Of a DNA stretch of 32,000 nucleotides, positions 1 to 9,486 are shown piece by piece. The stretch is from an uncultured bacterium (lineage in GTDB: Bacteria > Patescibacteriota > Gracilibacteria > UBA1369 > PNNO01). Each line of letters opens with the position of its first letter. The first letter of the stretch is position 1. Where the stretch lies: contig OY969931.1 of the NCBI GenBank assembly GCA_963704705.1, forward strand, positions 720,001-752,000, read 5' to 3'. Made by a program: the position numbers and the translations under genes. The notes under the pieces were generated by a model that saw nothing but the letters and a program-made list of their open reading frames with translations, was not told where the DNA came from and did not search any database.

Positions 1-1
1 A

Positions 2-643
2 ATAGCACCTGAATTTGATGAAACAAGAAAATTTTTATGGCCGGAATTTGAATTCTTTAAAAAACATTTAAAAAATAATCTGACAATTTTAGATTTTGGA
101 TGTGGAAACGGAAGACTCTATGAATTATTTGAAAATATTAATTATATTGGAATTGATAATAATAAAGAGTTTATCAGCCTTGCACAAAAAAATTATCCAA
201 GTGCAAAATTTGTACTCGGAGATTTGATTGAAATGCTTTCGCCTTATCAAGCGGATTTAATCTTTAGTATTGCAGCGTTTCATCATGTACCTTCCTTGGC
301 ATTGCGCAAAAAAAGTATTCATACTTTAAGGCAAAATTTAATGAAAAATGGCCTCCTTATAATAACTGTTTGGAACCTTTTTCAAAAGAAATATTTTAAA
401 TATATTCTTAAATCAATATTTAATTTTTTTATTAAATTTGGTAAATATGATTGGAACGATACGTTTATTCCATGGGGAAAATCAGGAATAAAAAGATATT
501 ATCATGCTTTTACACCTAGTGAATTAAAAAGATTATTTCAAAAAAACGGTTTTGAAATACTGGAAATGTTCTATACTCGTAAAGGCGAAAAAGTCCCTTT
601 TTTAAAATCTCATAATATTTGTTTAATATGCAGGAAGAAATAA
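2..643 (+). CDS. Class I SAM-dependent methyltransferase, 5'-truncated by window edge
   Basis: The frame is open from base 2, upstream of the ORF-track ATG at 224. It encodes IAPEFDETRKFLWPEFEFFKKHLK..TILDFGCGNGRLYELF..YIGIDNN; DFGCGNGR matches SAM-binding motif I. Resembles the Trm9/ABH8-like methyltransferase group. Confidence 0.8.
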   Translation: MAPEFDETRKFLWPEFEFFKKHLKNNLTILDFGCGNGRLYELFENINYIGIDNNKEFISLAQKNYPSAKFVLGDLIEMLSPYQADLIFSIAAFHHVPSLALRKKSIHTLRQNLMKNGLLIITVWNLFQKKYFKYILKSIFNFFIKFGKYDWNDTFIPWGKSGIKRYYHAFTPSELKRLFQKNGFEILEMFYTRKGEKVPFLKSHNICLICRKK

Positions 644-1419
644 AAGTAATGGATGTCCGGTTTAATAATGTATCTATGGACGAAGCATTAGACTTTATTT
701 TCCATGCAAATAAAAAAGGTTACATTTGTACGCCCAACCCTGAAATGCTTTTAGAAACACAAAAAAATCATAAGTTTTTAAAAGTACTAAATCATTCACT
801 TTTAAATATTCCGGATGGAATAGGTATTTTATGGGCAGCTACACAAATAATTAATAACGCATCAAAACTGATTGCATTATTAAATTTACCACTTATTGTC
901 TTATATCCGGGTAAATTTAAAAAAGTATTAAAACAAAGAGTAACTGGAACAGATCTTTTACAAAAAATCTGTCAAAAGGCTGCAAAAAATAATACAAAAT
1001 TGTTTTTTTTAGGAGCTGCAACAGGAGTTAGTGAAAATGCAGCTCAAAAGCTTGAACATTTTTATCCGGGATTAAATATTGTAGGAACGCATGCTGGTTC
1101 ACCTTCACAATATGAACAAAAAGAAATCATTGATTTAATTAACTCTACGGATGCTGAAATACTTTTTGTTGCATATGGAGCACCAAATCAGGAAATGTGG
1201 ATTGCCGATTCAATTAATAAACTTAAAAATATAAAAATAGCTATTGGAATAGGAGGAGCTTTTGATTTTATTTCGGGTCGAAGAAAAAGAGCACCTAAAA
1301 TCATGCAAAAATTGGGACTTGAATGGTTATTCAGGTTAATTCAGGAGCCCACTCGTATAAAAAGAATCTATAATGCTACAATTAAGTTTCCTATAGAAAT
1401 TATTAAACGACTAAAGTGA
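619..1419 (+). CDS. WecG/TagA/CpsF family glycosyltransferase
   Basis: Motifs CTPNPEMLLETQ, DGIGILWAA, LFFLGAATGVSENAAQKL, IGIGGAFDFISGRRKRAPKIMQKLGLEWLFRLIQEPTRIKR are typical of the family. The track start is TTG at 619; ATG at 628 or 649 is more likely. Confidence 0.92.
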   Translation: MFNMQEEIKVMDVRFNNVSMDEALDFIFHANKKGYICTPNPEMLLETQKNHKFLKVLNHSLLNIPDGIGILWAATQIINNASKLIALLNLPLIVLYPGKFKKVLKQRVTGTDLLQKICQKAAKNNTKLFFLGAATGVSENAAQKLEHFYPGLNIVGTHAGSPSQYEQKEIIDLINSTDAEILFVAYGAPNQEMWIADSINKLKNIKIAIGIGGAFDFISGRRKRAPKIMQKLGLEWLFRLIQEPTRIKRIYNATIKFPIEIIKRLK

Positions 1420-1707
1420 TTATTTTTTCTTTGGCCTGCCTCTTTTCTTTTTAAATTCCTGCTCTCCCCTTTCCTTCAGATTTTCAATAATAGGTTTTAT
1501 ATGTTCCAAAATCGAATTCGCCATATGTAGTGGCTTGTAAATGAATTCATTTACTTTTTCAAGAGTATCTCGTGCCAAATAAGAAGCTTTACTGACATCT
1601 CTAAGGATCGTAATCAAATAAACAGTAGCGATTGCCAAAAGAATGCCGAGCAACAGGATTACCGCAGCAAGAACGATATAAAGCAAATTGAGTGGATTAT
1701 CAAACAT
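1420..1707 (-). CDS. Small single-pass membrane protein with basic C-terminus (KKKRGRPKKK)
   Basis: 95 aa with an N-terminal hydrophobic helix, an amphipathic helical region and a very basic tail. No family recognised. Confidence 0.6.
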   Translation of the reverse strand: MFDNPLNLLYIVLAAVILLLGILLAIATVYLITILRDVSKASYLARDTLEKVNEFIYKPLHMANSILEHIKPIIENLKERGEQEFKKKRGRPKKK

Positions 1708-1780
1708 AATAATTAAGGTAAATTACTTAATCATTGTAATTATATTAGTTAATTAAATCAATTGAAACTCTTTACCTTAA

Positions 1781-1809
1781 TTGAATAATTGGCTCAAAAA
1801 TGCTATAAT
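1781..1809 (+). promoter_or_regulatory. Sigma70-type promoter TTGAAT-N17-TATAAT with extended -10 (TGC)
   Basis: ttgaat at 1781..1786, 17-nt spacer, tgc upstream of tataat at 1804..1809. Lies upstream of ATG 1832. Confidence 0.7.
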
Positions 1810-1831
1810 TAAACATAAAATAACAAAAACC

Positions 1832-2203
1832 ATGAGTGAAATATCAACATCTAATTATGATGAAGAAAATAATATGATAGTTAAATTTGAAGAATTTATT
1901 GGCGCAATAAAACCAAATATTGTTGGATTAAAAGTTCAACAAGCATTGCCAAGAATTATAGTAGGTATACGAAGTTACTTTTTATCTTTAGGTGAATCAA
2001 AGGCAAATATACAAGAAAATAAAATTACCGGAAATGCATTAAACTTTGAAATCACAAAACAACTTCCGGATACTTATGAAGAAATTGACTTAACAGATGC
2101 AAGAATCGCCATAGCAATAAAAGATGATAAAATAATTGTTTATCAATTTATTGAAGAAGTAGGATGGCTTAACCTTGTTAATGCGGAAGCATCAAGCAAG
2201 TAA
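1832..2203 (+). CDS. Hypothetical protein
   Basis: ORF track extends to a TTG at 1781, but that TTG lies inside a consensus -35 box. ATG at 1832 (MSEISTSNYDEENN...) is the probable start. No family recognised. Confidence 0.55.
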   Translation: MSEISTSNYDEENNMIVKFEEFIGAIKPNIVGLKVQQALPRIIVGIRSYFLSLGESKANIQENKITGNALNFEITKQLPDTYEEIDLTDARIAIAIKDDKIIVYQFIEEVGWLNLVNAEASSK

Positions 2204-3628
2204 TTTTTTCAAAATTTCATTTATAATTTGAGGATTCCCCTGCCCTTTTGTTTCTTTCATCACCATACCAACCAAAAACCCGAATGCTTTGTCTTTGCCT
2301 GTTTTAAAATCTTCGACAGGTCCTGGATTTGCATCAATCACTTTTTTGCAAACTTCTTCCAATTTATCTGTGTCGCTTACAACTTTAAGTCCTTTTTCTT
2401 CGATGATCTCAGCTGGTTCGCGACCTGTTTCGTACATTTCATCGAACACATCACTCTTGGCCTGATTGTTTGAAATTCCCCCTTTCTCAACAAGTTTTAG
2501 AAGTTCACCCATTAATTTAGGAGTGACTTTTGATTCGCTTAATGGAATTTGATCTTCTTTTAATTTTTTCATTAAAATTGTATTGATAAATGAAACCGCA
2601 AGTTTCGGGTTATCAATCATTGAAATAACTTCTTCAAAATATTGAGCAATATATAAATCTTCAGTTAAAATCCTGATATCATCTGGCAATAATCCATATT
2701 CTCGCTCATATCTTTCACGCTTTTGAGCAGGCATTTCAGGTACAAGCTTTTTAAGTTCAGCCAATTTGTCAGAAGGGGTATGGAGCGGCGGAAGGTCAGG
2801 TTCCGGAAAGTATCTGTAATCATCACTCCCCTCTTTTTCGCGCAAAACATATGTTTTTTGAGCATCATCAGCCCAACCCATAGTTAAATCTTTTCGAAGC
2901 GGCTCATCATTGTTCCAAAGAGTAATTTGACGTTCGATTTCATAAGAAATTGCAGAATCAAGTGATCTAAAGCTGTTCAAATTTTTAATTTCCGCACGAT
3001 TATATAACTTATCTTCACCTTTTGGACGAATAGAAACAGAGGCATCAAAACGCATCATGCCTTTTTCCATATCAGCGTCACTTGAACCGCAAAATCTTAA
3101 TATATTTTGAATCTCTTTTGCATAAGCAACTGCTTCTTCAGCTGTATGCATATCAGGTTCGCTTACTATTTCCATCAAAGGAGTTCCGCACCGGTTATAA
3201 TCAACAAGGCTGCCTCCGGGAACATGCGTTAATTTACCTGCATCGTCTTCCAAATGAAGTCTTGTAACTCTTATAGTTTTCTTTTTGCCTGATTCGAGTG
3301 TAATTTCAATACTGCCTTTTTCTGATAAAGGTTTGTCGAATTGAGAAATCTGAAAACCTTTTGGAAGGTCAGGGTAAAAATAATTTTTTCTATCAAATTT
3401 ACAGTATTCAGGAATAGTGCAATTAAGTGCTACAGCTGCAATAATGCCCTTTTTAACGGCTTCTTTGTTAATAACAGGTAATTGACCCGGAAAGCCCATA
3501 CAAACTTCGCATACGTTTGAATTTGGTTCTTTATCAAAAGAATCATTATCGCATCTGCAAAACATTTTAGTTTTGGTATTAATTTGTGCATGGATTTCTA
3601 AACCGATAACTGCTTCAAAATCTGACAT
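2192..3628 (-). CDS. gatB: Aspartyl/glutamyl-tRNA(Asn/Gln) amidotransferase subunit B
   Basis: FEAVIGLEIHAQINTKTKMFC, C.VCMGFPGQLPVINKEAV, RKNYFYPDLPKGFQISQFD, VDYNRCGTPLMEIVSEPD, GSSDADMEKGMMRFDASVS, and a C-terminal YqeY-like GatB domain. Confidence 0.97.
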   Translation of the reverse strand: MSDFEAVIGLEIHAQINTKTKMFCRCDNDSFDKEPNSNVCEVCMGFPGQLPVINKEAVKKGIIAAVALNCTIPEYCKFDRKNYFYPDLPKGFQISQFDKPLSEKGSIEITLESGKKKTIRVTRLHLEDDAGKLTHVPGGSLVDYNRCGTPLMEIVSEPDMHTAEEAVAYAKEIQNILRFCGSSDADMEKGMMRFDASVSIRPKGEDKLYNRAEIKNLNSFRSLDSAISYEIERQITLWNNDEPLRKDLTMGWADDAQKTYVLREKEGSDDYRYFPEPDLPPLHTPSDKLAELKKLVPEMPAQKRERYEREYGLLPDDIRILTEDLYIAQYFEEVISMIDNPKLAVSFINTILMKKLKEDQIPLSESKVTPKLMGELLKLVEKGGISNNQAKSDVFDEMYETGREPAEIIEEKGLKVVSDTDKLEEVCKKVIDANPGPVEDFKTGKDKAFGFLVGMVMKETKGQGNPQIINEILKKLLA

Positions 3629-3651
3629 TTTATTTAAGTTAACAAAAATTA

Positions 3652-4239
3652 TTATATTAATTTTTTTGCAATTTTATCAACCTTTTCTCTGAGTTCTTTT
3701 TTCCCTTCATTATTTTTAATCACGAAATTAATTTTATTGGGTTTTTGTTGATGTTCAATGATATTCTTATGTTCCTGTTTTGTAAGACTGTGATTCTTTG
3801 ATGATCTTTCATAGCAATCATTAATACTGGTTTCAATCCATAAAATATGTGTTACATCCATTCCCAATCTTTTCTTATCAAAAGTTGTTGATTCAAGTGC
3901 AACAAATTGTGGCTTTGCTTTTTGAATCCTTTTGCGAATCTCATCAAAGACCACTGGCTGAACCAATTTCTCAAGAATTTTTAATTTTGCAGTATTGTTA
4001 AATACAACTTTTCGCAGTTTAGTTCTGTTAACTTTACCTTTTCCATTAATCAAAAATTCTTCTCCAAAAAAATCCTTAATTTTTTTCCAGCCTTCTTCGC
4101 CAGGTTCATATAATTCATGTACAACATTATCAGCATCTATAACAAAAAAATCATGCTTATTGAAAAATTTAAGTGCTGTGGATTTGCCTGAACCAAGATA
4201 TCCTGTAACTCCCAACAAAATTTCTGGTTTATATGCCAT
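3652..4239 (-). CDS. coaE: Dephospho-CoA kinase-like P-loop kinase
   Basis: ILLGVTGYLGSGKSTALKFFNKHDFFVIDADNVVHELY: P-loop GYLGSGKS plus DAD motif typical of CoaE. The C-terminal half is divergent. Confidence 0.75.
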   Translation of the reverse strand: MAYKPEILLGVTGYLGSGKSTALKFFNKHDFFVIDADNVVHELYEPGEEGWKKIKDFFGEEFLINGKGKVNRTKLRKVVFNNTAKLKILEKLVQPVVFDEIRKRIQKAKPQFVALESTTFDKKRLGMDVTHILWIETSINDCYERSSKNHSLTKQEHKNIIEHQQKPNKINFVIKNNEGKKELREKVDKIAKKLI

Positions 4240-4248
4240 ATTAATAAT

Positions 4249-4659
4249 TTAAAGTTTAACACCTAAATCTTTAAGTGCTTTTTTAAAGATATTTAAATAA
4301 GATTTTGCGTCTTTAATACTTATTTGTTTACCAATTTCGTGTGCAAGTTGATTTCGTGCTTTATGCGCTATCCATAACTCATCGATATTTGTAAAAAGAT
4401 ATGGTGCAGCTTTTAATTGTTCACCAACAGATCCTTCAATTCCTTTTAATTTCAATGTATGTCCGATTAATTTATCAGCCTCCATAACAGCATGATGAGG
4501 ATCACCATTTGCTTTCTTCGTTATTTGATCCCAATTCTTTTTAATAAAATTTTGATCACTTTGAGATAATGTTTTTTTATTAGATTTAATGAAAACGTAA
4601 GCTGCCATAATAATTGCAGCTGCAGTTAAAATTAAAATTAGTAATGTTAAAATATCCAT
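4249..4659 (-). CDS. Membrane-anchored hypothetical protein
   Basis: 136 aa with an N-terminal TM helix and a soluble helical region (DPHHAVMEADKLIGHTLKLKG...HKARNQLAHE) typical of CPR conserved hypothetical proteins. Confidence 0.6.
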   Translation of the reverse strand: MDILTLLILILTAAAIIMAAYVFIKSNKKTLSQSDQNFIKKNWDQITKKANGDPHHAVMEADKLIGHTLKLKGIEGSVGEQLKAAPYLFTNIDELWIAHKARNQLAHEIGKQISIKDAKSYLNIFKKALKDLGVKL

Positions 4660-5316
4660 TTATGTTTCTTTTTTAGCAAATTTTTCTATATTTTGTTCGT
4701 TTTGAATTTCAGTTGGTATTCCATGATTTTTAACATGTGTAGCAACCAAATCCGATAATAGCATCTTAAGGACTTCCTGATCAGCAAAATTCTTTTTAGT
4801 GAGGAATTTTTCCTGAAATTTCACAATGTTTTTTTCAGTTTTCTTTGGATTAAAGCAATCTTTTAAAGTAACCGTTGAAGGACCTCCAAGTTTTGCCAAA
4901 GTTATATTTCCATAATTAAACATTGTAGGAATAACACCTTTAATTTTATAACTGACACCCTCTATTGACTGATACTCTACCCTATCACTGGCTCTTTCAA
5001 AATATCCAGTCCATTCAACTCCAATAACACCAAAATTTGTGACAAGCCAGCAATCATAATACCAATCCTGAATCAATAAAAGTACTCTTATAAAACCAAT
5101 AACACCCCATCCAATATAAATCCAAAATAACTGCGGAAAAAATAGCCAAATTGCAAAAGGCAATGCAGCGTGAAAAGCAACTAACCTTATAAAGTCTCTG
5201 ACCATTATAATAACATGTCTATGTGAAATAAATAATATATCTTCATTATCATCTAAATAATCATCAAACATATAATTTCGGATGCGGTCTTTTATAGTTA
5301 ATTTCCTTTTTGCCAT
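4660..5316 (-). CDS. PH (bPH2/DUF304-like) domain membrane protein
   Basis: Two hydrophobic segments followed by DWYYDCWLVTNFGVIGVEWTGYFERASDRVEYQSIEGVSYK..MFNYGNITLA. Confidence 0.65.
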   Translation of the reverse strand: MAKRKLTIKDRIRNYMFDDYLDDNEDILFISHRHVIIMVRDFIRLVAFHAALPFAIWLFFPQLFWIYIGWGVIGFIRVLLLIQDWYYDCWLVTNFGVIGVEWTGYFERASDRVEYQSIEGVSYKIKGVIPTMFNYGNITLAKLGGPSTVTLKDCFNPKKTEKNIVKFQEKFLTKKNFADQEVLKMLLSDLVATHVKNHGIPTEIQNEQNIEKFAKKET

Positions 5317-5371
5317 ATATTTGGATTATTTCTTTAAACATAGTAACATAATATAGCCTTAATTTAAAAAC

Positions 5372-6271
5372 ATGAAAGTAATATTTTTTGGTACACCTGA
5401 AATTTCAACTCCTTTTTTGGAAATGCTAGTTGAAGATGATAAAGTAAATGTGGTCGCTGTTGTTACAATGCCAGATAGACCATTCGGCCGAAAACAGGAA
5501 ATTACGAAAACACCTGTCAAATTATTGGCTGAAAAAAATGATATTGATGTCCTTCAACCTGAAATAATTGATGATGATTTTGCTGAAATTTTAAAAAAAT
5601 ATAATGCTGATTTCAATGTAGTGATTTCATATGGCCAAATATTACCAATTTCTGTTTTGAATACTCCCAAATATGGTTCTGTAAATGTTCATTTTTCCCT
5701 GCTTCCAAAATACAGAGGGGCTTCACCTGTTCAAACAGCACTTTTGAATGGTGACACTGAAACAGGAATTTCAATAATTAAAATGTCAGAATATTTAGAC
5801 CAAGGTGATATTTATCTCATTAAAAAAGTAGAAATCAATGATGATGAAAATTCTGAAATGCTTCTTAAAAGGCTTGCTGAACTTGGTGCAATAATGATTC
5901 CAGCAGCACTTAGAGATATTGCAGATGGAATATTAAGTCCAATCCCTCAGAATAAAAATGATTCTTCGTATTGTCATAAAATACATAAAAAAGACGCTGA
6001 AATTGATCCTAAAAAAGACAATGCAAAAGAAATTTTAAATAAATACAGAGCATTTCAGCCATGGCCTGGCATATATTTCATGTTCAACAATAAAAGATGC
6101 AAACTTATTGAGATTGAAAAATCTGACAAAAATGCTAATCCAGGAGAATTAAAAGAAATTGAAAAAGAATTAATACTTGGTACTTCAAATGGCTCTTTAA
6201 AAATAAAAATTCTTCAGCCAGAAGGTAAAAAACCAATTGATGATAAGGACTTTATGAATGGGTTTCTGTAA
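5372..6271 (+). CDS. fmt: Methionyl-tRNA formyltransferase
   Basis: VIFFGTPEISTPFLEML, SYGQILP, SVNVHFSLLPKYRGASPVQTALLNGDTETGISIIKM...LDQGDI, and C-terminal FQPWPGIYF. Confidence 0.96.
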   Translation: MKVIFFGTPEISTPFLEMLVEDDKVNVVAVVTMPDRPFGRKQEITKTPVKLLAEKNDIDVLQPEIIDDDFAEILKKYNADFNVVISYGQILPISVLNTPKYGSVNVHFSLLPKYRGASPVQTALLNGDTETGISIIKMSEYLDQGDIYLIKKVEINDDENSEMLLKRLAELGAIMIPAALRDIADGILSPIPQNKNDSSYCHKIHKKDAEIDPKKDNAKEILNKYRAFQPWPGIYFMFNNKRCKLIEIEKSDKNANPGELKEIEKELILGTSNGSLKIKILQPEGKKPIDDKDFMNGFL

Positions 6272-7592
6272 CAATATAGCGCCCGCTAATTGCAAATATT
6301 AAAAATAGAAGTGCCATACCATGATAAAGTGAGGCTGTATAGTGATCAAACATTCCAACTACAAATAAAGAAGTTATTGCTGCGAGCAAAACAGCTCCAA
6401 GAGTTTTAAAATTGTCTTTGTATTTTTTCATCTTAACAAAAACCCCAGTAGCAAATCCCACGAACAAACCAAGATATGTGATTGCTCCAAAAATTCCTAT
6501 TTCATTGAGCATTAACATGTAAGCATTGTGAACTGGTTGATATTGCCATGGAGCAAGTTTCAAAATTGTAAAATCCGGGAGATTATAAGTGAAATTACCC
6601 AAGCCAATACCAAAAGGATTATGATAAAAAATATTTTTACTTATTGTGAAATATGTAACTCGTTCTTCAAAGCTTGCTGAATCAGAAAATATTATTCTGC
6701 TGAAAAATGTTTGTTCAAGATTAAACAAAACTACAAAAAATATTAAAAATACTAAAATTAAAAATATATATTTTAATGGTAATTTGCTGTCTTTAACTGA
6801 GAAATAAACAAGGGCAGAAATAATGAATGCCAAAAAGGCTCCCCTGCTGAATGCCAAAATAAAAGCAGCTGCTAATACTAATAAAATCCCATATGCGATT
6901 ACTTTATTACTTTTTATTTTATAATAAGCAAAATAAATACCAGTTAGTAAATATCCGGCTAAAATATTTGGATGCGGCAATGTTCCATAAGGTCTTATTA
7001 TCTTTTCCTGATCAACATCAATTTTTGCAACACCAGCAACATCCGGGCCTATTTTCGATTCGCCGAACATTGATAAACCAATAGAACCTTGTGAGATATA
7101 TTGTAAAATTGCAATTATTGCCTGAATTGTAACAGAAGCAAGAAAAACATTAATAATTGTTTCGATTTTTACTGTTTTATTAACAATGAAAAAATAAATC
7201 AAAATAAACTGAACAATTCTTATAACAATATTAAATGCAAGCCATTGATCATGAGCAAATAAAACAGAAATTTCACAAAATATCAGGAATAAAAACAGAA
7301 TTATAAATAAAAAAGGATTTCCGTAAGTTATTTTTTCTTTATATTCGTGATTGAAAATTGAAAAAGCCCAAAATATTAATGCAAATAAAAATATAAAATC
7401 ATTGAAATAAATAAATACCGAAGTAAACGGGTTAAAATTTCCACCATCAAAAACAGCGCTGGTATATACAACCAAATTTATCTGAAAAGGCAATAAAAAT
7501 ACGAACGCATAAAGAAAAAACTTACTTAAATTTAAAGGAGTAATATACTTTAATAAGTTATTTTGATGTTTCAGTAGTTTCTTCAGGTACAT
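6252..7592 (-). CDS. O-antigen ligase/polymerase family membrane protein
   Basis: Polytopic hydrophobic protein with RPYGTLPHPNILAGYL, AAAFILAFSRGAFLAF, NPFGIGLGNF, PVHNAYMLMLNEIGIFG, typical of the Wzy_C/WaaL family. 5' end overlaps the upstream gene by 35 nt in the track, so the start is uncertain. Confidence 0.85.
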   Translation of the reverse strand: MYLKKLLKHQNNLLKYITPLNLSKFFLYAFVFLLPFQINLVVYTSAVFDGGNFNPFTSVFIYFNDFIFLFALIFWAFSIFNHEYKEKITYGNPFLFIILFLFLIFCEISVLFAHDQWLAFNIVIRIVQFILIYFFIVNKTVKIETIINVFLASVTIQAIIAILQYISQGSIGLSMFGESKIGPDVAGVAKIDVDQEKIIRPYGTLPHPNILAGYLLTGIYFAYYKIKSNKVIAYGILLVLAAAFILAFSRGAFLAFIISALVYFSVKDSKLPLKYIFLILVFLIFFVVLFNLEQTFFSRIIFSDSASFEERVTYFTISKNIFYHNPFGIGLGNFTYNLPDFTILKLAPWQYQPVHNAYMLMLNEIGIFGAITYLGLFVGFATGVFVKMKKYKDNFKTLGAVLLAAITSLFVVGMFDHYTASLYHGMALLFLIFAISGRYIVTETHS

Positions 7593-9024
7593 TGACTACA
7601 GGGTAAATTCCTTCTGAAGGCAATATAGCATTTATTTCTTCTTGTGCAATCTTCATTGCATCTTTAGCGCTCTTTGTAGCTAAAACTGCGTTGATAGCTT
7701 TTAACATTGAGTTCTTATATACATCTTCATCATAAATAGGCAAACTTTCAGCAAATCCTATTTGATCCGCGAAAACACCGTAAATCGGATCAGTTTTTTG
7801 ATCTTCGATCATGTCTCTTCGACTGGTTGGTTTATGTGTTTTATCATTGTAATGCTGAAGTGATTCTTTTTTAGTGAGGAAGTATAAGAAATCCCATGCC
7901 CAATCTGTGTTTTCAGATGTTCTTGCAACGGTTTCAACAAAATAATGAGCGTAAGCATCTCGTTTCTCAGTTGATAAGGCAGGATCACTCATTTGAGGTA
8001 TAGTTGTAATTCTTACACTGTCCGGATCAATAGTAGATAAACCGCGCGCTTTAAGTTCATTAATTTCATCAATTATTTGTTGATACATATAAGAATATCC
8101 GATAATCATTGATACTTTACCTCTAGCGAATGTTGTTATTTCTTTTGTGTCTGAATTAGCGTCTGCCAGATAGGCATTCCATGAATAGTTTTTATTTGAT
8201 GGGATTGCAAAGCTGGTGTAATAATTCAATGCATCTTCACCAGGATTAATTGGGTTTCCTGCACTATCAACACCCTGTTGTTGTGAAAAAATAGCTTTTT
8301 GGAAATTCTGATCATAAAATTGGCCCGGACTCTGAACCATTAATAAATATAATATATCAACGGCATTTGAAATATTATCCGCAAAGCCCATAGCCATACC
8401 AGAAACTTCAAATCTTTCAAAACTTTTATCTTCTTTTGTTAATTTAAACACATCTTCTTTAATCCCCTCCCATGTGGTGGCTGGCTTTCCTCTTTCAGGA
8501 ATAGCATCTTCAAATTGATCTTTATTATAGTAAAGAGCCAAAGTATCTACAGTCATTGGTAAAGCATAAACCTGTTCCTGACCGGTTTCGGGATTAGCAC
8601 GTACCAAATCATCATAAGTAACTGAAACAAAAGTATCTTCAAAAATCTGCGGCGGGATCATATTTACAGGCGCAGGTGACACTTTTTTATAATTCTTTAT
8701 AAGCCAGGTATTTGGAACAGAGAAAATGTCGGGACCTTCACCTTCAGCTAATTCATTAATTATTAAATTATAATATTCTTCAGGGTCGGTAAATTGACGA
8801 TAATTGATTTTAACATTAGGGAAAAGAGCCATATATTCCTGTATTAAAGGCTCAATTACATCAGAATCATCATATAATTTATAATAAGTTAAAGTAATTT
8901 GCGAAGTATCAGATTTTGGCTTAAATTCTTTGGTTCTAAAACATCCTGCTGCAAAGCCTATTACAAATAGCAGAATCACAAGAATTACACCGGCACCTAT
9001 AGTTAACATTACTTTTTTGTTCAT
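7558..9024 (-). CDS. Extracellular solute-binding protein (family 1-like), putative lipoprotein
   Basis: N-terminal signal peptide ending FAAGC, LTYYKLYDDSDVIEPLIQEYMALFPNVKINYRQF, NTWLIKNYKKVSPAP, YALPMTVDTLALYYNKDQFE, DWAWDFLYFLTKKESLQHY. Confidence 0.85.
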   Translation of the reverse strand: MNKKVMLTIGAGVILVILLFVIGFAAGCFRTKEFKPKSDTSQITLTYYKLYDDSDVIEPLIQEYMALFPNVKINYRQFTDPEEYYNLIINELAEGEGPDIFSVPNTWLIKNYKKVSPAPVNMIPPQIFEDTFVSVTYDDLVRANPETGQEQVYALPMTVDTLALYYNKDQFEDAIPERGKPATTWEGIKEDVFKLTKEDKSFERFEVSGMAMGFADNISNAVDILYLLMVQSPGQFYDQNFQKAIFSQQQGVDSAGNPINPGEDALNYYTSFAIPSNKNYSWNAYLADANSDTKEITTFARGKVSMIIGYSYMYQQIIDEINELKARGLSTIDPDSVRITTIPQMSDPALSTEKRDAYAHYFVETVARTSENTDWAWDFLYFLTKKESLQHYNDKTHKPTSRRDMIEDQKTDPIYGVFADQIGFAESLPIYDEDVYKNSMLKAINAVLATKSAKDAMKIAQEEINAILPSEGIYPVVNVPEETTETSK

Positions 9025-9060
9025 ATATATATTATACTACAAATTTTTGGCTTTAACAAA

Positions 9061-9089
9061 TTGCAAATTAGACTTTTTTATAGTATAAT
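9061..9089 (+). promoter_or_regulatory. Sigma70-type promoter TTGCAA-N17-TATAAT
   Basis: ttgcaa at 9061..9066 and tataat at 9084..9089, 17-nt spacer, 30 nt upstream of ATG 9120. Confidence 0.65.
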
Positions 9090-9119
9090 AGTAGTACAAA
9101 TATAAATAAATATAAAATT

Positions 9120-9479
9120 ATGAATATTGAAGGAATGAACAGTGCCCCAATGGCTGATGAAGCTGAAATTCAAATGCTTCAACAACAAGGATGGGATGTT
9201 GAAACAGCAAGCGCTGATGAAGCACAGCGTGTTGAAATAGAAAATGGTCTAATTAATGCTGGTATGGAAGTTCAGGTATTTGCAAATCCAGATAATTCTA
9301 CCTTTACGATATTAAGAAAAGCACCTGCTGAAGAGGCTTATACTGAAGATCCAGCAACTAGCGCTGTTGATGAACCAGGTCCTCAAAATGTTTCTGACGG
9401 ACAAAGGGAAAAGATGGAAGAAGTTTTTCCTGGTTTATTTGGAAATCCTGAAGATGAGAATAAAAATAAGGCAGCTTAA
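9120..9479 (+). CDS. Small acidic hypothetical protein
   Basis: 119 aa ORF with its own consensus promoter. Acidic, no TM segment, no family recognised. Confidence 0.65.
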   Translation: MNIEGMNSAPMADEAEIQMLQQQGWDVETASADEAQRVEIENGLINAGMEVQVFANPDNSTFTILRKAPAEEAYTEDPATSAVDEPGPQNVSDGQREKMEEVFPGLFGNPEDENKNKAA

Positions 9480-9486
9480 TTTACAA

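Noticed and set aside
224-643. Methyltransferase starting at ATG 224
   Set aside because: The frame is open upstream to base 2 and encodes SAM motif I (DFGCGNGR), so 224 is an internal Met and the gene is truncated by the window.
2228-2473. 81-aa plus-strand ORF antisense to gatB
   Set aside because: Lies wholly inside a confidently identified gatB. Its translation is a low-complexity Phe/His-rich shadow with no family signal.
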